Shown: positions 8,979 through 19,341, numbered from the stretch's first letter. The stretch is DNA of 64,000 nt from an uncultured Candidatus Saccharibacteria bacterium (GCA_964641545.1 CAZXLT010000001.1:20094-84093), one strand, 5' to 3'. The notes: generated by a model not told the origin, from the letters alone. A program made the numbers and translations.

Positions 8979-10031
8979 CTAGAGGCTTGCAGCAATCTTC
9001 AAGATCTGATCAGTGCTAAGTACCGAATTTGCTTCGATAGTATAGTGTATGCCATCGTCTACCCAGCTTGCCTTAGACCCATCGGCAGCGATATAGATTG
9101 TGCGGCCGGCAACTTGGTGAGCAGCAATAGGTTGCCTGGTAGAATCCCCCAAGACATTGTTAACTGACGGATCGTTGGGATCTGCTGCGCTTTGAATGAT
9201 TCGATACGAACGACTATCGCGCGATGAAAAATCCATGAAGACTTCACCTGGACGATATGATACTGAACCAGCTTGCGCAAAGCCCTGGGGGTGAAACCCG
9301 GGATACGAAGCCTGTAAGCCAGCTTTTGATGAGGCGATGCCAACTGCAAAACGTGGAATATTTTGATATACATACAATCCTGCCAATGCCAACACTACAA
9401 CCGCTGTTGTGCTCAAGCTCACAAAACGCGGGCTTAGACCAAGTTTGTGGGCAACCCGGTGACGGCGTTTGCTTAGGTGGTGTCTTGGCTGTTCGTGACT
9501 CAGTGACTTAAGCAGTGCTGCATCGATGAGCATATCTTTGGAAGACTGTTTTTGTTGATGGGCTCGCGCTTGTGAGCCATGGACAGGTGGCGCCTTTGCG
9601 ATTTGAACTGCCTGTTGCTTTTTGACGACCACGTGACTATGGTGATTTCCGAAATGGGATACTAAGTTGCTCTTGGAAGTCTCTTGTGCACGTATAAGTC
9701 GGGCATCCGTTACCCGCTGCGCGTGCTGCACTACGTGGGCTGAGCCTGATGCGGTGGACAGTAAATCTGATTGCACCTTTTTAGGTCTGGTAAGTCGAGC
9801 TGGGTTTCTGACAGTATCACGACGCAAAGTTTTTGCCTTGTCGACATGATTGTGATGAATCTTTTTCGCAGAGACAACAGTATGCGGCATGCCACTTTTC
9901 TTAACTTTTGGCTCTTGCTTCGGAGTCGACACGCTATGTGCCGGTTTTTCATTGACGTTAGAAATAAGCGCCCCGGTTGTGGCGTCATAAACCTTGCCGT
10001 TGAATGTAATGGTGTTTTTTTTGCTTGTCAC
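8979..10031 (-). CDS. Hypothetical single-pass membrane protein (basic N-terminal region)
   Basis: 350-aa ORF. TM TTAVVVLALAGLYVY. The C-terminal domain is unassigned. Confidence 0.5.
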   Translation of the reverse strand: MTSKKNTITFNGKVYDATTGALISNVNEKPAHSVSTPKQEPKVKKSGMPHTVVSAKKIHHNHVDKAKTLRRDTVRNPARLTRPKKVQSDLLSTASGSAHVVQHAQRVTDARLIRAQETSKSNLVSHFGNHHSHVVVKKQQAVQIAKAPPVHGSQARAHQQKQSSKDMLIDAALLKSLSHEQPRHHLSKRRHRVAHKLGLSPRFVSLSTTAVVVLALAGLYVYQNIPRFAVGIASSKAGLQASYPGFHPQGFAQAGSVSYRPGEVFMDFSSRDSRSYRIIQSAADPNDPSVNNVLGDSTRQPIAAHQVAGRTIYIAADGSKASWVDDGIHYTIEANSVLSTDQILKIAASL

Positions 10032-10185
10032 AACTGTCTCTACCCCTCAAAGAGTGTAGCTTATGCTTAACAATAATAGTACAAGTTTTAACGTCTTGTC
10101 GCAAGCAATTATTCCGAGAGAGTATTCTTTCGTAGCATCTTCAAAAAGGCTATGGTATAACTATAGGTAATCCGCGTCAAAAACT

Positions 10186-11652
10186 ATGGAATTTCTCGAT
10201 CCAAAAAAAAAGAAAAGGCATAATCAGCGACTCTTCGTCGGCTATTTTTTAGTCGGGGTCGCAATTTTACTGTCTGCAACAATTTTATACTTTCAAAGTG
10301 TTGGCTATGATGTTGACCGAAAAACTGGCAAAGTTATTCAAAATGGACTGATCTTTGTATCATCGCAGCCAGAGCCGGCGAACGTGTTTGTTAATGGCGA
10401 ACAGAAAGACCAGACGGATAGTCGTCTTACGGTCCCTGCAGGAAGCTACTCTGTAGAGTTGAAGCGTAGTGGCTATCGAAGTTGGAAGCAGTCCTTTAAC
10501 CTAGAAGGCGGAAGCATAGAACGACTGCAATACGTTCGACTTTTCCCGGAAAAATTAGAACAACAAGAGCTTGCCGGCTACGATACGCAACCCACTTTTA
10601 CCTCGCAGAGTCCTGACCGAAAATGGATAGTGGTGCTGCGTCCTGGCAGCCAGACTTCCTTCGATGTGTACGACGCAGGAGATATAAAAAAACCAGTTCA
10701 GTCACTCGTACTCCCAAGCGGTTTGCTTTCGTCCGGCGACGGACAGAGTCTAAAATTGGTTGAATGGTCCACCGACAATAGACACGTATTGCTTGCACAC
10801 GCCTTTTCTGGTCAGTCAGAATTTATTATGGTCGACCGAGAAAACCCAGCCGGGTCTTTAAACCTCAACAAACATCTTGGGATAACTCCTGCTAAGATCA
10901 TGCTTCGAGATAAAAAGTTTAATCAGGTGTATGTATTGAGCGCAGATAGAGTACTCCAGCGGTTCAATACGGAAACTAAGCAGGCAACGAAGGTTGCCGC
11001 TAACATCATTGATTTTAAGCCCTATGCCGCTGACACATTACTGCTTGCAGAGTCAGATCCCGATTTAGCTAACCAGGCAACCGTTAAATTTCGTGACGGA
11101 GACAAGGACCTTGTGCTCCGCAAGTTTAGTGACGCAAGCGCATTCCTGCTTGATCTAGCCAAGTTTGATGGCCATTGGTTCGTTGCAGCGGGCGCAGTCA
11201 ATGAAGGTAGGATTGCTATCTACCGAGACCCAGTTGCTCAAAAAGGCAGTACGAGTTCTTCTGCACTTGCCTTTAGCGTGCTGTTGTTGAAGGACGCGCA
11301 AAACATTTCATTCTCGTCGAATGCGCGGTTTATCATGCTTAACAACGGTAACAAATTTGCTGTGTATGACGCTGATACCAATCGTCGGTTCTACTACGAA
11401 GAGCCTATCACGCCGTCGAGCGGACAAAAACCCATGTGGATGGACGGGCATCGGATAATTGTAAACAACAATAGCAGTATCGTGGTATTTGATTTTAATG
11501 GTACAAATCGTCAAACCTTGGTGTCGAGCTATCCAAATCACTTGCCAATGTTCGACCGAGATTACGAGCGCTTATTTACGCTTACACAAACTAAAGATAG
11601 CACCACTAAATCCTCGCTTACGCAGACGCCGCTTAAGCTGAATCTTGACTAG
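10186..11652 (+). CDS. PEGA domain-containing membrane-anchored protein with a C-terminal beta-rich domain
   Basis: N-terminal TM LFVGYFLVGVAILL, then PEPANVFVNGEQKDQTDSRLTVPAGSYSVELKRSGYRSWKQSF (PEGA). Confidence 0.7.
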   Translation: MEFLDPKKKKRHNQRLFVGYFLVGVAILLSATILYFQSVGYDVDRKTGKVIQNGLIFVSSQPEPANVFVNGEQKDQTDSRLTVPAGSYSVELKRSGYRSWKQSFNLEGGSIERLQYVRLFPEKLEQQELAGYDTQPTFTSQSPDRKWIVVLRPGSQTSFDVYDAGDIKKPVQSLVLPSGLLSSGDGQSLKLVEWSTDNRHVLLAHAFSGQSEFIMVDRENPAGSLNLNKHLGITPAKIMLRDKKFNQVYVLSADRVLQRFNTETKQATKVAANIIDFKPYAADTLLLAESDPDLANQATVKFRDGDKDLVLRKFSDASAFLLDLAKFDGHWFVAAGAVNEGRIAIYRDPVAQKGSTSSSALAFSVLLLKDAQNISFSSNARFIMLNNGNKFAVYDADTNRRFYYEEPITPSSGQKPMWMDGHRIIVNNNSSIVVFDFNGTNRQTLVSSYPNHLPMFDRDYERLFTLTQTKDSTTKSSLTQTPLKLNLD

Positions 11653-12836
11653 TTAAACCAGTCCTTAATTCGTTGCCAAAGCGAAGGAGCATTGCTTGGT
11701 ATGATCTTGGGCTGTTGGTCTGCGGCAACGGCACTACTTGCTTTATTCGTGCCGGGCTCGGGACTTACTTGTTCTCCTAAAACCACTAGCCGATTCAGTG
11801 ATGTGCCTGGAGGGTCGCAAGTAATGAGCGTAGCTGTAGCGGTTTTGTCGGTTGCGCCAAGCACGCCAAGCTCGGTTGGTTTAACGATTTTCTTCTCGTA
11901 CACGCGATATGCGTACCGTGTTCCGTCTTTTGTCAGATAAAACGTATCCCCTGATTCAAGCCTATTCAGTAGCACAAATGCAAATTTATACCGGCCCTTA
12001 TTTAGGATATTATTACTTGAATGCCCAAATATAACTGAGTTACCCTTCTCGCCGGGCATCGGCGTGTTGGCGTAGTGTACGACGCCGCGTTCTAATGCGT
12101 TTTGGATGGCTTTTTCTTGCACGGAGGGTTCGTCGTACACAACTGGAATCTCGACATTTATTTTTGGAATAACAATCTTTGTGCCAACAGCATTTGTGCT
12201 GCTGTCAACAATAATTGGTGTGTCACTCACCTGCCGGCTAGGGGTTATAAATGGTGCAATAAATCGTTCATTGAAAAACCCAAACAGCAAGAACAGCATG
12301 ACAATTGAGCCCATGCCCATGCCAAACAATATTGATTGAAAGTGTTCCTTTGCAGTTAACTTTTTTGAGGTTCGAAGCTTGGTCTTGGTTAGTAATTGGT
12401 CTTTGATTTCGGCCACTGTTTTGTTAGCCGTTTTTGCTGCGTACGCCCGTTTTGTAACAGGTTTTGGCTGGACCTCAACAACAGTTTTGGGCTGCTCGGG
12501 CACGCGGTTCAATTGTAGCGATGGTAGTTTTTGCCCGTGCTCGGCGTAAAATTCGTTCCATACGGTATGTTTTTCGCTGTCCGGCAGGGCTGTGTAGTAA
12601 TTGTGCCAAGCAGTCTGAATCTCTGCTAAAGCCATACCTGACTCTGTCAGTTGCTTCATGTATTGTTGGTGCTTTGATAGCTGTTTTTTTATGCCAACAA
12701 CTTCTTTTGCTTCTTCAACTGCACTTGGCTCGGTTTTGTAAAGGTTATCCAATTTGGCGCGGATCAAATCAGCCGCCGGATTCGCCCCCCCCGTTGAATT
12801 ATGTTGATTAGCTTGGTGATTACCATTGTTCGCCAT
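11649..12836 (-). CDS. Sortase-family transpeptidase with a long (~170 aa) N-terminal cytoplasmic extension
   Basis: TM SIVMLFLLFGFF, then the sortase fold: VIFGHS (His), TLITCDP (TLxTC catalytic Cys) and a trailing R in LNRLVV. Confidence 0.75.
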   Translation of the reverse strand: MANNGNHQANQHNSTGGANPAADLIRAKLDNLYKTEPSAVEEAKEVVGIKKQLSKHQQYMKQLTESGMALAEIQTAWHNYYTALPDSEKHTVWNEFYAEHGQKLPSLQLNRVPEQPKTVVEVQPKPVTKRAYAAKTANKTVAEIKDQLLTKTKLRTSKKLTAKEHFQSILFGMGMGSIVMLFLLFGFFNERFIAPFITPSRQVSDTPIIVDSSTNAVGTKIVIPKINVEIPVVYDEPSVQEKAIQNALERGVVHYANTPMPGEKGNSVIFGHSSNNILNKGRYKFAFVLLNRLESGDTFYLTKDGTRYAYRVYEKKIVKPTELGVLGATDKTATATLITCDPPGTSLNRLVVLGEQVSPEPGTNKASSAVAADQQPKIIPSNAPSLWQRIKDWFN

Positions 12837-12889
12837 ATACGCTTAGGTTCAAGTATAGTACAATTACCCCCGTCAACCTACCTAAGCAA

Positions 12890-12976
12890 GCCGCGGTGGT
12901 GGAATTGGTAGACACGCTGGACTCAAAATCCTGTGAGCGCAAGCTCGTGACGGTTCAAGTCCGTCCCGCGGCACCA
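12890..12976 (+). tRNA. tRNA-Leu (anticodon CAA)
   Basis: Acceptor GCCGCGG/CCGCGGC+A+CCA, D-arm GGAATTGGTAGAC, anticodon loop CTCAAAA, long variable arm, T-arm GGTTCAAGTCC. It parallels E. coli leuX. Confidence 0.8.
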
Positions 12977-12977
12977 T

Positions 12978-13769
12978 TTATTGAATTATTGCAGTTGTTA
13001 ATGCTTGAAATGTATTTGTAGGATTTTGGAGCCACCACACTGCTGTATGCGCAGCGGTTCTAATTCGCCAGGTGTTCTCGGTCGCGTCAGTGGTTCGTGT
13101 GGTTGATACCTCTCCACGAACCGAAACAAAGATCGTATCCAGATGTCTGACGACCAAGTTGATGCTGAATTGCGCCGTAAATTCATGTAGCCAATCAACC
13201 AAATGTAGCAGGTCCATATCAAATGTAATAGCCTTTTTTTGCTTGGATTTCAGGCCTATTTTTTGTAGCTGTGCCAAACTAACAACTAGGGTGGTGTCTT
13301 GTCTGCTAATTACCGGCTCTGGTCGTTCTGTGAAATAGTCGACAGCGTCTTTCGTGATGGTCAATTGGTTGCCATACTTACGAACAAACGATTCAAGTAA
13401 AACTGCAGTTTCGCTATTACGTCCTAGATCTCCGGCCAATAATACACCGTCAGCCCACTGAGCTTGGCCCAGTAGTTCACTCAAGGCTTGTCGACTAAAA
13501 CTACCACTGGGAGTGCTTGGTGCATAGTCAGCCATTTCCAGAACCATTTTTACCGAACGTTGGATAGAGTCTGGTAGGAGTACGCGCAGTGTGCCAACAC
13601 CTGTTCGGACAGCTTCTTTGTATCCATCGGCAACTGCGGCAAATCCATGATCGTTACCGCCGATGATAAGTAACTTCCCTGCCTGGGCACGGTGCTCGGG
13701 TCTGCTCCAAAGTAAATCAGGAAACAACGGATTTTCTTTGGTTTGTTTATACCAAAACGAACGATCCAT
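12978..13769 (-). CDS. nnrD: ADP-dependent NAD(P)H-hydrate dehydratase (YjeF C-terminal/Nnr family)
   Basis: GKLLIIGGNDHGFAAVADGYKEAVRTGVG and LLAGDLGRNSETAVLLE match YjeF_C. Start taken at MDRSFWYK (the track ORF is longer). It overlaps the upstream HAD gene by about 23 nt, so the start is uncertain. Confidence 0.65.
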   Translation of the reverse strand: MDRSFWYKQTKENPLFPDLLWSRPEHRAQAGKLLIIGGNDHGFAAVADGYKEAVRTGVGTLRVLLPDSIQRSVKMVLEMADYAPSTPSGSFSRQALSELLGQAQWADGVLLAGDLGRNSETAVLLESFVRKYGNQLTITKDAVDYFTERPEPVISRQDTTLVVSLAQLQKIGLKSKQKKAITFDMDLLHLVDWLHEFTAQFSINLVVRHLDTIFVSVRGEVSTTRTTDATENTWRIRTAAHTAVWWLQNPTNTFQALTTAIIQ

Positions 13770-14466
13770 TGTTGCCTCTCTGCGTTGGCAGTAGTTCGTA
13801 AACCATATTTTTTCGCTCGACCACAACCTTCCAACTCTCGGCTTTGGCGGTCTCAAATAAAGCCTTCGTTGGGTTAAAAGCGATTGGATTTTCGACCATA
13901 GCCAGCATAGGTATATCGCTTTCGCTGTCGCCAACTGCAATACTCCCCTCTAAGGTCAGACTATGCTTGTCAATTAATGCTGTGAGTAGTGCTTGCTTAT
14001 CTTTGCTTGCCACTGTTTTTTTACCCGTAAACTTGCCGTCCTTTTGTTCAAAAACTGTTCCTTCTGCGTCATCAAATCCATAATACTTTGCTACCTTTTC
14101 GACAATCTCGATTTGCGACCCTGAAATGGCAATTAGAAAATATCCTTGTGTCTTCAGGCTTTTCACGAAGTCCCTGGTATACGTATACACCTGGTCCTTA
14201 TGTTCTTCGAATATTTGCATTACAACTTCATCAAACTTGGCAGGAGGTAGGCTTACGAGCATATCATCGTATGCCAGGATCAACATCTTTTCGTAGCTGC
14301 GAAAAGACTCTGGGTCAATGCGTTTTTTCCATATCGTTCTTGCCTTTATGATCCTGTCGTAGATAGTTTTATTGGTATTTTGTTGAAGTAGAACAGACGT
14401 AACTGCGTGAAAGAGCTGCCAGCGAACCAGCGTGCCATCAATATCAAAGGCAGCAAATTTTTTCAC
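13747..14466 (-). CDS. HAD-IB family hydrolase (phosphoserine-phosphatase-like)
   Basis: AAFDIDGTLV (motif I) and IAVGDSESDIPML (motif IV). Confidence 0.75.
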   Translation of the reverse strand: MKKFAAFDIDGTLVRWQLFHAVTSVLLQQNTNKTIYDRIIKARTIWKKRIDPESFRSYEKMLILAYDDMLVSLPPAKFDEVVMQIFEEHKDQVYTYTRDFVKSLKTQGYFLIAISGSQIEIVEKVAKYYGFDDAEGTVFEQKDGKFTGKKTVASKDKQALLTALIDKHSLTLEGSIAVGDSESDIPMLAMVENPIAFNPTKALFETAKAESWKVVVERKNMVYELLPTQRGNNGSFVLV

Positions 14467-15110
14467 TTGAGCAGCTCCTTAATCCACTGTGCGTAATGCC
14501 GGTAGCCGTAGAATATATCGTCGTGTGGTGCGGTTCGCGTATGAACTTTCACCCCCTTCCAGCCCTTCGCGATCTGGTTGAATGCTTTGTCGGTCCATAC
14601 ATCATTATCATAAGCAACAATGTGAATTGCGGTGAGCGGACTTTTTTTCTGGAAGTTGGATATTTTCTCGGAAAAATTATTGCGTAGAAGCAATCGACTC
14701 TGGTGCTTCATAAGACCCGGATCGCGCAGCAAATACAGCATGCTTTTACCGAGAAGTGAAAGGCCACTGAAAATTTTGTTATGCACTAACTGGTACACGA
14801 GCTCTTGCACTCGACTACGAGCAACCCGGTGGCGTATTTCTTTCATAGAAGGTAGGTTTTGTATAAATATTGGTCCCAGCAGTATCGCATGTTCTTTTAC
14901 GATTTCTTCCCAAGGCTCTAGCGTTCCAACAGAGTGTGCGATGACGAGTCGAGCCGAAGGGTTGTCCTGGTGCCTGTTCACGACATATGCCCGAAGCCCA
15001 AACTGATGTAGTATCTCAAGAAGCTTCTTATAGTGCCATGCACTGCCCCACCCTCCTGGAACAATTGCTACATCAAACGCCGGTGAAGTGCGGACCTTTT
15101 TTGTGCTCAT
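14463..15110 (-). CDS. Alpha/beta-hydrolase-fold protein (esterase-like)
   Basis: VIAHSVG nucleophile elbow (GxSxG). ATGA-coupled to the HAD gene. Confidence 0.55.
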   Translation of the reverse strand: MSTKKVRTSPAFDVAIVPGGWGSAWHYKKLLEILHQFGLRAYVVNRHQDNPSARLVIAHSVGTLEPWEEIVKEHAILLGPIFIQNLPSMKEIRHRVARSRVQELVYQLVHNKIFSGLSLLGKSMLYLLRDPGLMKHQSRLLLRNNFSEKISNFQKKSPLTAIHIVAYDNDVWTDKAFNQIAKGWKGVKVHTRTAPHDDIFYGYRHYAQWIKELLK

Positions 15111-15142
15111 TTGATAGCCTCTTGTACAAGGGCGTTCATGAA

Positions 15143-15943
15143 CTAACCCTTAACTTCTAAGCTTACTGGGCAATGATCAGAGCCGAGCACATCGGGGTGA
15201 ATATCGGCCCCAATGAGTTTTGAGTCCAAAGCCTTACTCGCCAGCCAATAGTCTATTCGCCAGCCAACGTTTCGAGCTCGCGCATTCGCCCAGTGTGTCC
15301 ACCAGGTATAGGCTTCGGTTCGCTTCGGGAAAAACTTACGGAACGTATCAATAAACCCAGCTGCGAGAAAATCGTCGAATCTTTCGCGTTCTTCATTGGT
15401 AAAGCCGTGCTTGCCGACATTGGGACCAGGATTCGCCAGGTCAATTTCTTGATGAGCCACATTGAGATCTCCACAGAATACAACTGGTTTAGTTTTTTCT
15501 AGGTCTTTCACGTAGGCCAAGAAAGCTTTGTCCCATTGGTCGTAGCGAAGGCTCAGCCGGCTAAGGTCACCTTTACTATTCGGAGTGTATACAGTTACGA
15601 CCCAGAAGTCCTCAAATTCAGCAGCAATAACTCGTCCTTCTTCGTTCGGATTGCCATATTTGTCGCCAACAATACTATATTTTTTTGCTATATCATCTGG
15701 GATGTCGTTTTGAACTTGGAGGGGTTTTATCTTCGTAAAGATGGCCGTACCACTGTAGCCTTTTTTAATTGCGGAGTTCCAATACTCTTCGTACTCTGGC
15801 AAGTCGATTTCCGCCTGACCCTGCTCGGCTTTTGTTTCTTGCAAGCACAAGATATCTGGATTATGTTTTGCAACAAACGACTGAAAGGTGCCTTTATTTG
15901 TTACCGCACGGATACCATTAACATTCCACGAATATAGCCTCAT
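15143..15943 (-). CDS. xth: Exodeoxyribonuclease III (AP endonuclease, EEP family)
   Basis: MRLYSWNVNGIRA, ILCLQETK, CGDLNVAHQEIDL, LGSDHCPVSLEV. Confidence 0.9.
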   Translation of the reverse strand: MRLYSWNVNGIRAVTNKGTFQSFVAKHNPDILCLQETKAEQGQAEIDLPEYEEYWNSAIKKGYSGTAIFTKIKPLQVQNDIPDDIAKKYSIVGDKYGNPNEEGRVIAAEFEDFWVVTVYTPNSKGDLSRLSLRYDQWDKAFLAYVKDLEKTKPVVFCGDLNVAHQEIDLANPGPNVGKHGFTNEERERFDDFLAAGFIDTFRKFFPKRTEAYTWWTHWANARARNVGWRIDYWLASKALDSKLIGADIHPDVLGSDHCPVSLEVKG

Positions 15944-16021
15944 ACTGCTCACAGTATATCCTGTAAGGACCGACTGCGTATGCTTGTTTTTTACAACAAT
16001 TTGTAGTATAGTTGTGTTCTC

Positions 16022-16858
16022 ATGGGCAATCTTTACGAACGTGCCGAACTAGAACGCCTTACCCTTCCTGGATATAAAAACGAGGCGTCTGTTCGTGCCG
16101 CATTAGGCGATGATACGGATTGGGATCCAGTACTTTCTGCGACAATAGTTTCGGTCGACCCTTCTGGTAAGCCATATGTCTTAACGGGGATTCGGCGCGA
16201 GGAAACGCACCGGACTCACCCGGGAGTCATCAGCACCCCAACAATGCGGTTACCAAAAAACATCGCTCGTGACATATTGGCAAGTCGTTTTCCTCAGCGT
16301 AATCAACGATACCCACAATTTATGGTGCCTCGTGTGCTACCGGCTCGCCCAACGCAGGTTCGTGCGATTGCCGATACTTTGGTCGAGCCCGTCCCAAATA
16401 GCCACGCAACCCTTCCATTTGCGATGGCGACCCTTCTTAGCCAAAAGCTAGGTGTCGCTGAGGCGGTTGAGGGAGCTGATACGGAAACTCCGCTTGGCAC
16501 GGTGTCGCTGGCAAGCATTACCGCCGGTTTTAGTCGTGGTGCAACCGAGCGAGTAGGCGGACGAACTGTTGACTACTATGAACCGCTAATTATGCTGGGT
16601 GCGCTCATGATTCTTGATGACCCAGACGTGATTCAGCGCGAAGCTCCTTCTTATCGTGAAATGAGCTGGACAGAGTTCCCTGATTTTAAACAAGGTGTCG
16701 CCGAAAAACGTCCCGATATGATAATTGCCGAATTGCAACCAGAGGATGCCCTGCTATGTGTACACGGCATGTGCCTAGCAACCTCTATGACCGCAGTTAA
16801 TGTATTTGATGGTACTGGTCAAAACGCTTCAGCAGACCTGGCTTCAATTCCTGCGTAA
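16022..16858 (+). CDS. Hypothetical protein
   Basis: 278-aa ORF, no recognised motif. Confidence 0.45.
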   Translation: MGNLYERAELERLTLPGYKNEASVRAALGDDTDWDPVLSATIVSVDPSGKPYVLTGIRREETHRTHPGVISTPTMRLPKNIARDILASRFPQRNQRYPQFMVPRVLPARPTQVRAIADTLVEPVPNSHATLPFAMATLLSQKLGVAEAVEGADTETPLGTVSLASITAGFSRGATERVGGRTVDYYEPLIMLGALMILDDPDVIQREAPSYREMSWTEFPDFKQGVAEKRPDMIIAELQPEDALLCVHGMCLATSMTAVNVFDGTGQNASADLASIPA

Positions 16859-16859
16859 T

Positions 16860-17381
16860 CTAGTTTTGTTCATGCAGCAAAATACCAATTGCGGCAATGA
16901 CCGCATCTCGTGAAGAAGTGACCCGGGTGATGGCGCCGCTGGTAACAAGACCTGATAGGCCTTGCTTTTTACCGATATCTGCAATGCCATGAGACTTTGC
17001 AACGGCGTCACTCAGGTTATTTTTGTCGTCAATCTGTTTACTGATAATTTTTGGCGTTTGTACTCGCGGACTGAAGCCAAAGCCTAACCTGCCGTCTTTT
17101 GTTATGACCACTGTTGCGGTACCGGTAAACCACTTTCCGCCAACGTTGCTTTGACCACCCTCAATACCTACGCCAAAATCTGCCTTTTGCATTTTCAGAG
17201 CGTTACGTGCTCGGTTAGTTGCTCCCTTCAATGCTTCTTCATCGTTCATTGGCTGCTCGGCTACACCAGAGTCGGTCTCGACGCCAATAAACTCAATCTT
17301 CGTATTTGGCAGCATCACAACGAAGGCTTGTTTAACAGCCTCAAGCTTAGTTGGGTTTTTCGAGCCAATAACGACAATCAC
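16860..17381 (-). CDS. Inosine/xanthosine triphosphatase (YjjX/DUF84, non-canonical purine NTP phosphatase)
   Basis: VIGSKNPTKLEAVKQAF...VETDSGVAEQP...ARNRA pattern, as in E. coli YjjX. Confidence 0.7.
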   Translation of the reverse strand: MIVVIGSKNPTKLEAVKQAFVVMLPNTKIEFIGVETDSGVAEQPMNDEEALKGATNRARNALKMQKADFGVGIEGGQSNVGGKWFTGTATVVITKDGRLGFGFSPRVQTPKIISKQIDDKNNLSDAVAKSHGIADIGKKQGLSGLVTSGAITRVTSSRDAVIAAIGILLHEQN

Positions 17382-17452
17382 CTTACAATTCTAGCAAACG
17401 GGTTGAAAATAGTTGAAAAACATGGGGATATTTGCTAAAATATTTTACAACA

Positions 17453-18157
17453 ATGTATAAGCGTGTACTTTTGAAGATATCTGGTGAGCAGTTGGCTGGG
17501 AAACACGTCAGCGGTCTCGATATTGAAGTTGTGCACTTCCTTGCTAAAGAGATAAAACGAATTACCGACAAAGGCTGTCAGGTGGCAATTGTCGTTGGCG
17601 GTGGTAATCTGGTCCGCGGCGTCCAGATAGCAGGACACGGTATTCATCGGGTGACTGCCGACCACATGGGGATGCTTGCTACCCTTATCAATGCTTTGGC
17701 GCTTACAGATATTTTTGAGTCAAAAGGTCTTGAGGCGCGCTGTTTGAGTAACGTACACGCCGAGCAGGTGGCCGAGATGTTTGTCCACCGTTTAGCAGAA
17801 AAACACCTTGAGCGCGGTCGCGTTGTGGTGCTTGCGGGTGGGACTAACCGTCCATTTTTAACTACCGATACTGCCGCAGTGCAATTAGCACTTGAGCTCC
17901 ACTGCGAAGCGGTGCTGAAGGCCACAAAAGTTGATGGTGTATACGACATGGACCCGATGGTGTTTTCGCAGGCTTCAAAACACGAAAAACTTTCATTTGA
18001 GCACGCAGTATCAAATTCTAAAATACGAGTCATGGACAAAGCGGCTTTGGGGCTCGCTATGGAGCATCAGATGCCGGTGGTTGTGTTTAACGCCCTGAAA
18101 GCTGGAAACTTACTAAAAATAGTTCAAGGCAAGCTCGTTGGAACTAAGATCGAGTAG
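17453..18157 (+). CDS. pyrH: UMP kinase
   Basis: MYKRVLLKISGEQLAG...IVVGGGN...TDTAAVQLA. Start taken at the internal ATG of the track ORF. Confidence 0.9.
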   Translation: MYKRVLLKISGEQLAGKHVSGLDIEVVHFLAKEIKRITDKGCQVAIVVGGGNLVRGVQIAGHGIHRVTADHMGMLATLINALALTDIFESKGLEARCLSNVHAEQVAEMFVHRLAEKHLERGRVVVLAGGTNRPFLTTDTAAVQLALELHCEAVLKATKVDGVYDMDPMVFSQASKHEKLSFEHAVSNSKIRVMDKAALGLAMEHQMPVVVFNALKAGNLLKIVQGKLVGTKIE

Positions 18158-18270
18158 ACTTTTCGGTGAGGTGGGAAATCTCACGTTAATCTGTGCGCCG
18201 TGCGACGCTCAGGCAGCAGACTAACAACCGAATCCGGCTTCGAATCTATTGTGTTCGAAAACAGAACACT

Positions 18271-18362
18271 TGGCGGAAGAGGTGGGATTCGAACCCACGG
18301 TACCCGGTAAAGGGCACAACGCTTTTCGAGAGCGTCCAGTTCAACCACTCCTGCACTCTTCC
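18271..18362 (-). tRNA. tRNA-Ser (anticodon CGA)
   Basis: Reverse strand: GGAAGAGTGCAGGAGTGGTTGAACTGGACGCTCTCGAAAAGCGT...long variable arm...GTGGGTTCGAATCCCACCTCTTCCGCCA, anticodon loop CTCGAAA. Confidence 0.8.
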
Positions 18363-18477
18363 CCCGCTGCGTAGTATCAAATGAACTGTGAACCTGCTTA
18401 TTTTACAGATAAGCAAAAAATACTACAACAAGAGTCTTGCGGGACTTGCAAAGACAGGCGTAAACTGTCGTAAGTAT

Positions 18478-19341
18478 ATGTCAATCATCAGCTTAAAAGA
18501 CGTCAGTAAACTGTACGGCTTCGGCGATGCCACAACCGTGGCACTAGACGAGGTCACTATGACTATTGAGCCTGGTGAATTTGTAGCAATAATGGGTCCA
18601 AGCGGCTCTGGCAAGTCTACACTCATGAACTTGATTGGGCTGCTCGACCGTCCGACGCACGGCGATTATATGCTGAGTGGTCGATCTGTCGCAAAGCTGC
18701 GCACTAATCAGCGAGCGAAGGTTCGTCGAGACAAAATTGGTTTTGTGTTTCAGTCATTTAACTTATTGCCACGCATGAATGTACTCGAAAACGTCGCGCT
18801 GCCACTTTCTTATCGAGGGATGACGCAGACCCGCCGCTTAAAACAGGCTGGTGCGATGTTGGACAGAGTTGGACTAACTGATCGTGAATACTTTTACCCA
18901 AAGGCACTCAGCGGAGGTCAAGCCCAGCGCGTAGCCATTGCCCGAGCATTGGTTAATAATCCAGATATTATTATTGCCGATGAACCGACGGGTAACCTGG
19001 ATAGTGGCTCAAGTCTAATTGTCATGGAGTTGTTGAGTGAGCTACACCAGACTGGCAACACTATATTGATGGTAACGCACAACCCAGAACTAACCCGCTA
19101 CGCAGACCGTGTTATTTATATGCATGATGGTGCGATCGTACGCGACCAGTCGACGCCAGTCGGCGAAGTGCCAAGCCTCGCTCGAAAAGTCATGTATTTA
19201 TATCCGCGTAAAACCGAAGAAGATGATCTTGTGGGTGTGTCTGCCCTCATGAAAACCCTTCCGGACAAGCCTGGTGCCAAGCGGCGTCGCAGGAGCAATA
19301 AAAAGAAAGCATCGAAAAAGCAAAAGGTAAAAAATGGCTAA
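18478..19341 (+). CDS. ABC transporter ATP-binding protein (MacB/FtsE-like) with a Lys/Arg-rich C-terminal tail
   Basis: GPSGSGKST, LSGGQAQRVAIARAL, IIIADEPTGNLD, LMVTHN. 8-nt overlap with the permease gene. Confidence 0.9.
   Translation: MSIISLKDVSKLYGFGDATTVALDEVTMTIEPGEFVAIMGPSGSGKSTLMNLIGLLDRPTHGDYMLSGRSVAKLRTNQRAKVRRDKIGFVFQSFNLLPRMNVLENVALPLSYRGMTQTRRLKQAGAMLDRVGLTDREYFYPKALSGGQAQRVAIARALVNNPDIIIADEPTGNLDSGSSLIVMELLSELHQTGNTILMVTHNPELTRYADRVIYMHDGAIVRDQSTPVGEVPSLARKVMYLYPRKTEEDDLVGVSALMKTLPDKPGAKRRRRSNKKKASKKQKVKNG

Noticed and set aside
18193-18384. 63-aa ORF on the plus strand
   Set aside because: It overlaps tRNA-Ser (minus strand) and translates the tRNA sequence (…GGIRTHGTR…), so it is spurious.
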